Assembly: GCF_018687275.1 (NCBI RefSeq)
Contig: NZ_CP061287.1
Location: 1,431,733 to 1,463,732, forward strand
Origin: Polynucleobacter sp. MWH-Aus1W21
GTDB taxonomy: Bacteria; Pseudomonadota; Gammaproteobacteria; Burkholderiales; Burkholderiaceae
Length of the DNA: 32,000 bases
Direction of reading: 5' to 3'
Translations under genes and position numbers: made by a program
Part shown: positions 26,108 to 32,000 of the stretch, piece after piece
Position numbering within the stretch: position 1 is the first letter of the stretch
Layout of the letters: each line of letters starts with the position of its first letter
Notes under the pieces: generated by a model
Told to the model about the DNA's origin: nothing
What the model saw: only the letters and a program-made list of their open reading frames with translations
Databases searched by the model: none

Positions 26108-26812
26108 ATGGCACTCAATATCTCAACCCCGTCATCACCTGATGACTTTGCATTAATGCCCCATACAAGGGCTAAGCTAGAAGCCGTATTAGACGGTACC
26201 GTAAAGTTTCCTGGCAATGGAGTATCAGCTTTACTGCTCTACGGCGTTTACGGTTCAGGAAAAACTACCATGGCCAAGCTATTGCCTGGCTGGCTCGAGA
26301 CTGTCAAGACTACCCCTGTACTGCAATCAATTCCTGTGGGCTCAATTATCGACTCCACACAGCCAAATATTGATTTTTACTCCTGCGCTCAAGGCCAGAA
26401 TGGCGCATCACTCATTGGGCAAATTCAAAGTCATGTCATGACCATGAGCTTTAACCCCAGTTGCTTACATTATGTGATTTTGGATGAAGTAGATAACCTC
26501 ACCGCAGCAGCCCATGCATCGCTCAAGGCCATCATGAACTACACCCATGTAGTTTTTGTCCTTACAACAAATCATCTTAATAAGGTAGATCCCGGAGTTA
26601 TTAATCGATCCATCGTATTGGATATGAATTCTGCTCCGACCTCTGCTTGGGTCAGCAAGATCAAGGCTATTTACGCAGCCTCCGGGAAGACGCCTCCGAC
26701 CGATCAAGCCATTGCAGGTGTTGTCAACGCTGGAAATGGATCAGCCAGAACGATTCTCACTGATATCGAAATCACTCAATCTATTCGTGAGCGGCAGTTT
26801 GAAGATGAATAA
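26108..26812 (+). CDS. Clamp-loader-like (RFC/DnaX/gp44-type) AAA+ ATPase, short form
   Basis: AGGAGG SD. Walker A GVYGSGKTT, Walker B VILDEVDNL, sensor-1 LTTN, NRS at the position of the clamp-loader SRC motif, and GNGSARTIL resembling DnaX GSxRDAL / RFC GDxR. Confidence 0.75.
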   Translation: MALNISTPSSPDDFALMPHTRAKLEAVLDGTVKFPGNGVSALLLYGVYGSGKTTMAKLLPGWLETVKTTPVLQSIPVGSIIDSTQPNIDFYSCAQGQNGASLIGQIQSHVMTMSFNPSCLHYVILDEVDNLTAAAHASLKAIMNYTHVVFVLTTNHLNKVDPGVINRSIVLDMNSAPTSAWVSKIKAIYAASGKTPPTDQAIAGVVNAGNGSARTILTDIEITQSIRERQFEDE

Positions 26813-27251
26813 GCGCAAATCTGTTGAACTGCTGATGGAAATCACTGTGCAGGCGCTTGCTGAATTGGTAAGCGGGGACGAAGGTATCGGCACCTTTGTC
26901 CTTGCTAAAAACCATGCTGTCTCCACCAGAAAGATTGTGAATAAGGTGCAATTTGAAGAGGAATGGCAACAGCAAATTGATGATAGCGAGGTTTTCTATG
27001 TTTTCACCACTTTAAAGCTAGCGCCCAACATCCTTCAGATTGCGGGCTCTAAATACCAAGACCTTAATCGCGTCTCTTGGAATTTAATTGTTCCCAATAC
27101 TTTTACGCTTGAGCCCGCGCAGAGACCCACCAACTCTATTGAGCTACTCATGATGGCAAAACTCATGCTTGAAGAAATCCAAGGCGGCCACTTCTCGTAT
27201 GAGGAATTGGTGGAGTTTTTACAAATTATTAGTCGCATACGTAAGCGCTAA
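26805..27251 (+). CDS. Hypothetical protein (148 aa)
   Basis: The ATG at 26805 overlaps the ATPase stop by 8 nt. The track ORF start at 26712 is unlikely. Confidence 0.6.
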   Translation: MNKRKSVELLMEITVQALAELVSGDEGIGTFVLAKNHAVSTRKIVNKVQFEEEWQQQIDDSEVFYVFTTLKLAPNILQIAGSKYQDLNRVSWNLIVPNTFTLEPAQRPTNSIELLMMAKLMLEEIQGGHFSYEELVEFLQIISRIRKR

Positions 27252-27294
27252 ATCCTTAACAAATCTACTTAAATTAATTTACCTTGGAGTAATC

Positions 27295-27477
27295 ATGAAA
27301 TATTTTGACGCAGTTGTACTAAATGACCGAGAAACATATAGCAGCATTGATGGCGCATATGTTGTATTGAATGCCATTGAAGATGAATGTGTAAACGAGG
27401 TTGAGATAACCGAAAAGTCTCGAATTATTCAGATTTCCGATCTTTTAGAAGCCTACTATCGATTAACTACTTTTTAA
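27295..27477 (+). CDS. Small acidic hypothetical protein (60 aa)
   Basis: GGAG SD 7 nt upstream of the ATG at 27295. Confidence 0.5.
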   Translation: MKYFDAVVLNDRETYSSIDGAYVVLNAIEDECVNEVEITEKSRIIQISDLLEAYYRLTTF

Positions 27478-27550
27478 ATATTGAAATCACCCAATACGAG
27501 CACATAGAAAAAGAATATGAAGATGGTAATTTTTGAATTTTGGGGTTGTC

Positions 27551-28099
27551 ATGCGCTACCCTAGAACAGTCTTTGTTTTTGACACCCCAGACCATGGCAT
27601 TGATCCCGAATACTTTCAGAAGATCAGCTCATCTTCACAGAAGATCTATATACGCGGGCATTCAAAACCAATTGGGACAATTGATTCTGAGCTTGATGCC
27701 ATCAAAATACTGGATGGTTATCTTAATTTCACAGGTCCAAATCGGTCTTATATGGTCATCGGCAATCTAAAGCATGTTGAATTTATTGCTACTAGCTTGG
27801 CTGATAAATACTGCTCGATCTATTGGCTCATGAATAAGAATTCCGCTTTAAGCATTCGCGCAGCTTTAGGTGCCCTGCTTGATCTTCATGAAATGGAAGC
27901 CTTATTTAACGAGGCGCTTTATTACTACACCAAATCTAGGGATCGGTATCAAGCATTGTCTGACTCCACGCATATATCAAACGATGATTTTCCCCAGCTT
28001 ATTGCGGACATCATTAATGGAGGAAAACAGGTTGAGCTACGGGCGGATATTGAAAGTTTTTTATGCGAGGAATTACATATCGGAAAATTTGAGATTTAA
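27551..28099 (+). CDS. Hypothetical protein (182 aa)
   Basis: I prefer the ATG at 27551 over the track's TTG at 27533. Its 3' end overlaps the convergent integrase gene by 4 nt. Confidence 0.6.
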   Translation: MRYPRTVFVFDTPDHGIDPEYFQKISSSSQKIYIRGHSKPIGTIDSELDAIKILDGYLNFTGPNRSYMVIGNLKHVEFIATSLADKYCSIYWLMNKNSALSIRAALGALLDLHEMEALFNEALYYYTKSRDRYQALSDSTHISNDDFPQLIADIINGGKQVELRADIESFLCEELHIGKFEI

Positions 28100-29310
28100 G
28101 CCAACTTCGCGGCTGCCATCATTGGGGTCAGTTTTGAGTAATGACGCTCAATCATTAATGTCGAGGTACCCATTTGCCTAGCTAGGGTGTGTATATCAAC
28201 CCCCTCAGCTAGTGCAAATGTGGCATAGGTATGGCGAAGACTATAAAGACTACGATTTCGCCCCGCTACATCTTTAAGCAAATTGCATTCTTTTAAGAGA
28301 TTCTCAAACTGAGGATTAAAGTTATAAGGCTGAACCCCTCTTGGGAAAGTAAATATCAGACGATCTAACCTGGCCTCTATGACGGCATTTAGATCTTTAT
28401 ACGGCAATTGATGCCAAGCAATTAATCTTTCCAAGCAATCCACTACCAAATGTTTAGCAATTAAATATCGAGGTCCTGTTTTACCGGAAAGCCAAACCTT
28501 GAGATAGCGTTGATCGCCAATCCAATGCCATTGAAGATGTTTCCAGCGCATGGGTTTGAGCTCGGTTCCAGGCCTTGCTCCCGTATAGAGTAAGAATTCC
28601 ACATAAGAGCGACAGAGCTGTCTCATCTCCTTGGTGCGCGATGATCTGCCGACGTTTTCCCAGCTAGGCATATAGGCCAATAATTGAGCGATCTCTTCCT
28701 TACTAAAGGCGGGTCTTGCTTGACTGGGGGAGCCATGAGGATCTAATAAAGGTACCCGGTATGTATCTACAATCAAGTTTTGCTCTCTAGCCAAGGCAAT
28801 GACTCGGTTATAGGTCGTTGCATGGGTGCGCTTAGTGCTTGCCTGGGGATCTCTACCCATCTGGGATAAGCGCCAAGATTCAAAATCCTTAACCAGCTCT
28901 GAAGTAATTTCCTTTAGCTGGAATTTTCCAAAAAATGGGATGAGGTATTTATTGAGAACAAACCTGTAATCCTTAAAGATAGCTTTTCCATTACCTTCTT
29001 TATTGGCAATATCCATTGCCACGAGGTCTTCTTCAGCCAACTGCTTAAATGACTTGGATTTGAGGCTTAATTCCTGGCTTATCTTAGCCATGGTCTGCTC
29101 ATAGAGTGCTATAGAGGTATGCTTGGCCTCCTCAAGATCCGCCTGGCCAGTGCTCATGGAGTGCCACTGACAATTGGGCAACCTAAAGCGGCATTGCCAT
29201 TGATTGCTGCCTGATCGCTTAAAGAGACTTACTAAACCTCGGTGGAGGTGAATTACATCAGCAGACTGGGATGCACTAGATTTGAAGAAAAGCTGGTTTA
29301 GATTTTGCAC
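28096..29310 (-). CDS. int: Tyrosine-type site-specific integrase
   Basis: 404 aa with a GTG start. Arg in YTGARPGTE, LRHTYATFAL, and MGTSTLMIERHYSK (His/Tyr). The N-terminal arm-binding-like region has KRSGSNQWQCRFRL. Confidence 0.9.
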   Translation of the reverse strand: MQNLNQLFFKSSASQSADVIHLHRGLVSLFKRSGSNQWQCRFRLPNCQWHSMSTGQADLEEAKHTSIALYEQTMAKISQELSLKSKSFKQLAEEDLVAMDIANKEGNGKAIFKDYRFVLNKYLIPFFGKFQLKEITSELVKDFESWRLSQMGRDPQASTKRTHATTYNRVIALAREQNLIVDTYRVPLLDPHGSPSQARPAFSKEEIAQLLAYMPSWENVGRSSRTKEMRQLCRSYVEFLLYTGARPGTELKPMRWKHLQWHWIGDQRYLKVWLSGKTGPRYLIAKHLVVDCLERLIAWHQLPYKDLNAVIEARLDRLIFTFPRGVQPYNFNPQFENLLKECNLLKDVAGRNRSLYSLRHTYATFALAEGVDIHTLARQMGTSTLMIERHYSKLTPMMAAAKLA

Positions 29311-29311
29311 T

Positions 29312-29336
29312 CAAGTGTCGTGTTTCGAGACACTTG
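29312..29336. repeat. Palindrome CAAGTGTC-GTGTTTCGA-GACACTTG abutting the integrase start
   Basis: Same element as 13806-13828, with an 8-bp stem. Confidence 0.6.
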
Positions 29337-29375
29337 TAGCTTAACTTCAGATTTCAGGAAGGTCGATCGGAAAAT

Positions 29376-29392
29376 TTGTCGAGTAAACCGAC
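29376..29392. repeat. Hairpin family member H5 (degenerate)
   Basis: TGTCGAGTAAACCGACA. The following CATTTCATGTGTGGATA...CGACCCAAAGC is homologous to 18268-18312. Confidence 0.5.
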
Positions 29393-29493
29393 ATTTCATG
29401 TGTGGATATCTGGTAGGCAGACTCCGACCCAAAGCAGACCATCAATTCAATAATCTGAGTACGCTAACTCTCACCCAAAACTGAGCGACCTGC

Positions 29494-29724
29494 TTAACGT
29501 AAGGCTTTATTTAACTGATCCACAATCTCGGCCCAATCAGCATCTAAAAGCAACTCATCACGAAGAAGCCTTGCTTGAGATGGTGTCCACAATGGTGCAT
29601 CCGCTAATTCAATCGCTTCATCTAAAGGAGCATGCCGATCAATGAATGCCTTAATACTATTACCATCAGAAGGTAGTCCTAATTGAAGGAATAACTCAGA
29701 GAATGGATGAAATGACTTTTCCAT
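29494..29724 (-). CDS. DUF2789-like small protein
   Basis: I prefer the start at MEKSFHPFSELFLQLGLPSD (29724; AAGGAGA SD overlapping the copA stop). The pattern LF.QLGLP...I..FI..H.PL...L.DAP.W.PSQA..L matches my memory of DUF2789. Confidence 0.6.
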   Translation of the reverse strand: MEKSFHPFSELFLQLGLPSDGNSIKAFIDRHAPLDEAIELADAPLWTPSQARLLRDELLLDADWAEIVDQLNKALR

Positions 29725-29726
29725 GA

Positions 29727-31994
29727 TTAATTTCTCCTTAAACGTAACGCATTTGTAATGACCGAGGCTGAGCTCAAGCTCATGGCAAGTGCAGCAATTA
29801 ATGGTGAGAGTAACCATCCAGTGAAAGGATATAAGAGACCAGCAGCAATAGGAATGCCCAGTGCGTTATAAAGAAACGCAAACACTAGGTTTTGCTTCAT
29901 ATTGCCTACCGTATCGTCTGAAAGCGACTTAGCAATCGCAATACCCCTGAGATCACCTTTAACTAAAGTAATTTGGGCGCTATTCATAGCAACGTCAGTA
30001 CCGGTGCCCATAGCAATACCAACATTGGCTTTTGCTAAAGCCGGAGCATCATTGATGCCATCACCTGCCATTGCAACAATCCGACCTTCATTTTGTAGTC
30101 GAGTTACCAATTCGAGCTTATCTGCTGGCTTAACCTCTCCATAGACCTCTTCAATCCCAAGGCGCTTGCCAACAGATTTAGCAGTTGTTAATCCATCTCC
30201 AGTTGCCATCACAATTCGCAATCCCGCCTCTTTTAAGGTTTGCAAAGCCTCTGGCGTAGTAGCCTTAATAGGATCAGAGACAGCTAAAAGTCCAGCAAGC
30301 TTTCCGTTGATAGCTAAATGCATCACGCTAGCGCCTTCAGAGCGGAGCTCCTCTGCTTGGGCTTTCAAAATATCAACAGAAACTCCCAGCTTATCCATCA
30401 ATGCAGTATTACCCAACGCCAAATGAAACAAGCCAACGCTACCTTGAACTCCAATTCCTGAACTAGATTCAAAGTTTTCAGGTTTCTCCAGGGGCAAATT
30501 ACCATCTCTTGCAGCACGAACAATCGCATCGGCAAGAGGATGCTCACTACCCTGATCAAGGCTTGCCGCAAGCCTTAAGACCTCATTGCCATCAAAGCTG
30601 GGGGCGGCAATGACTCTATCAAAAATTGGCTTACCCTCTGTTAAGGTGCCTGTTTTATCAATAATGAGGGTGTTCACCTTACGAAGATTTTCAATGGCCG
30701 CAGCATCACGGAACAAAATTCCTTTTGTCGCCCCCTTACCAGTAGCCACCATAATCGACATTGGTGTAGCAAGACCTAGGGCGCAAGGACACGCAATAAT
30801 TAATACAGAGACCGCATTAATTAAGCCAAAAACCCAACTTGGTTCGGGACCAAAGACCCCCCAAATGAAAAAAGTCAGCAAAGATATAGCTACAACCGTT
30901 ACTACAAAATATCCCGCAACAATATCTGCCATTCGCTGCATTGGCGCTCTGGAGTGTTGGGCTTGAGCTACCATTTGCACAATTTGAGCCAGCATGGTTG
31001 ATGAACCAACACGCTCGGCCTTAATAATCAATGCGCCATTGGTATTCATCGTTGCTCCAATCACACGATCACCGATACGCTTAGTAACTGGCAATGGCTC
31101 TCCGGTAAGCATGGATTCATCAAGCGCACTAGAGCCTTCAACAATGACGCCATCAACAGGCACTTTTTCACCTGGGCGCACCCTCAATAAGTCTTCAATA
31201 TGCACATTTGATAAGGGGATGTCTTCCTCGGATCCATCTGCCTTAATTCTTCTGGCTGTTTTGGGCGCTAAGCCCAACAAGGATTTAATTGCCGCAGAAG
31301 TTTGTGAGCGTGCCTTTAGTTCCAACACCTGACCAAGCAGAGTCAATGAAATAATGACGGCGGCTGCCTCAAAATACACACCAATCCTGCCCATAGACAT
31401 AAAGGAAGCAGGAAATACTTGTGGAGCTACCGTAGCAACAACGCTATAAAAAAATGCAGCACCTGTTCCCAGTCCAATCAAAGTCCACATATTTGGACTA
31501 CGATTGGCTATGGATTGCCAGCCACGATGAAAAAACGGCCATCCTGCCCATAAAACAATTGGTAAGGATAGGAACAATTCAACCCAGGTTTGGGTTTGAG
31601 GCTCTAGTAGATTTAATTTATGACCAAACATCGCAAGGACAGTCACCACTGTCGTCAAAGGCAGTGTCCACCAAAATCGCCTTTGAAAATCAACTAATTC
31701 TGGATTTTCTTCTTCCTCTAATTCAGGCAGCAGAGGCTCTAAACTCATCCCACAAATTGGGCAATTACCAGGATGATCTTGTCGAATTTGCGGATGCATG
31801 GGGCAGGTATAAATTGTGCCAGCCACCGAAGCAGAAGACTCTGAGTCCTGTAGCCCCCCATCTAGATACCTGCTGGGCGCTCCAATAAATTTTTCTTTAC
31901 AACCATTGCTGCAAAAGTAATACGCAATATTCTTAAGCGAGTAACTATGCTTAGACTGAGAAGTGACCGTCATCCCACAAACAGGATCCTTCAA
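29727..31994 (-). CDS. copA: Cu(I)-translocating P1B-type ATPase
   Basis: CPC ([13 protein letters not shown]), [16 protein letters not shown]-terminal TRASH/YHS-like DPVCGM and a YTCPMHP...CPICGM metal-binding module. The track start is a TTG 6 nt from the window edge and the frame stays open to the edge, so the true N-terminus may lie outside. Confidence 0.9.
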   Translation of the reverse strand: MKDPVCGMTVTSQSKHSYSLKNIAYYFCSNGCKEKFIGAPSRYLDGGLQDSESSASVAGTIYTCPMHPQIRQDHPGNCPICGMSLEPLLPELEEEENPELVDFQRRFWWTLPLTTVVTVLAMFGHKLNLLEPQTQTWVELFLSLPIVLWAGWPFFHRGWQSIANRSPNMWTLIGLGTGAAFFYSVVATVAPQVFPASFMSMGRIGVYFEAAAVIISLTLLGQVLELKARSQTSAAIKSLLGLAPKTARRIKADGSEEDIPLSNVHIEDLLRVRPGEKVPVDGVIVEGSSALDESMLTGEPLPVTKRIGDRVIGATMNTNGALIIKAERVGSSTMLAQIVQMVAQAQHSRAPMQRMADIVAGYFVVTVVAISLLTFFIWGVFGPEPSWVFGLINAVSVLIIACPCALGLATPMSIMVATGKGATKGILFRDAAAIENLRKVNTLIIDKTGTLTEGKPIFDRVIAAPSFDGNEVLRLAASLDQGSEHPLADAIVRAARDGNLPLEKPENFESSSGIGVQGSVGLFHLALGNTALMDKLGVSVDILKAQAEELRSEGASVMHLAINGKLAGLLAVSDPIKATTPEALQTLKEAGLRIVMATGDGLTTAKSVGKRLGIEEVYGEVKPADKLELVTRLQNEGRIVAMAGDGINDAPALAKANVGIAMGTGTDVAMNSAQITLVKGDLRGIAIAKSLSDDTVGNMKQNLVFAFLYNALGIPIAAGLLYPFTGWLLSPLIAALAMSLSSASVITNALRLRRN

Positions 31995-32000
31995 GGAATT

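Larger units (their letters stand above)
9579..29445. mobile_element. Composite (tandem/decayed) integrative island array between core genes
   Basis: Two tyrosine integrases, three direct tRNA-Lys-like 3' fragments with conserved flanks, a TA module, an IS630-type HTH remnant and many orphan genes. Recognisable housekeeping genes lie on both sides. The boundaries are approximate. Confidence 0.6.

Noticed and set aside
26712-26804. N-terminal extension of the 148-aa ORF (track start 26712) and the nested ORFs 26217-26441, 26465-26707, 26741-26975
   Set aside because: They overlap the well-supported AAA+ ATPase frame. The ATG at 26805, coupled to the ATPase stop, is the simpler model.
29902-31888. 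Several plus-strand ORFs (80-144 aa) inside copA
   Set aside because: Antisense shadow ORFs within a P-type ATPase gene that has all canonical motifs.

Overview
This looks like a betaproteobacterial (Burkholderiales-type) chromosome segment. The gene content fits: Bug/TctC binding protein, NnrS, NarXL, class II RNR. The lineage guess (an AT-rich one such as Polynucleobacter) is unverified. The window has three parts. (1) 1-9500 is a core block: narL (partial), narX, a TDT-family transporter, and an apparent leftward operon PAS-nnrS-NMO-nrdJ, followed by a small Cys-rich protein and a membrane protein. (2) About 9580-29445 is a roughly 20-kb composite accessory region. It carries two tyrosine integrases (9595-10635, 28096-29310) and three direct copies of a 42-45 nt tRNA-Lys-like 3' fragment (ending at 10884, 13677, 18101). 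Each fragment is followed by an intrinsic terminator and a conserved downstream segment. Two of them are preceded by a conserved ~125-bp segment that contains a tandem 12-bp repeat. Cargo between these junctions: a secreted/membrane protein trio, a class I Fic/VbhA-like toxin-antitoxin pair, a tartrate/fumarate-type hydro-lyase + Bug + LysR metabolic islet, a wHTH regulator with an orphan FixJ-type response regulator operon, a 5-gene leftward operon of unknown function (zinc-ribbon/coiled-coil/TM proteins), a catalytic-domain-only tyrosine recombinase sitting next to a ~1-kb segment bounded by perfect 13-bp inverted repeats, an IS630-type HTH-only protein, and a 5-gene operon built around a clamp-loader-like AAA+ ATPase. 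(3) 29494-32000 is core again: a DUF2789-like gene and a Cu(I) P1B-type ATPase. No complete tRNA, rRNA or CRISPR array was seen. The most interesting candidates are the AAA+ cassette, the candidate invertible switch, the unknown 5-gene operon and the repeated att-junction architecture. All functional calls rest on motif recognition by eye; no searches were run.
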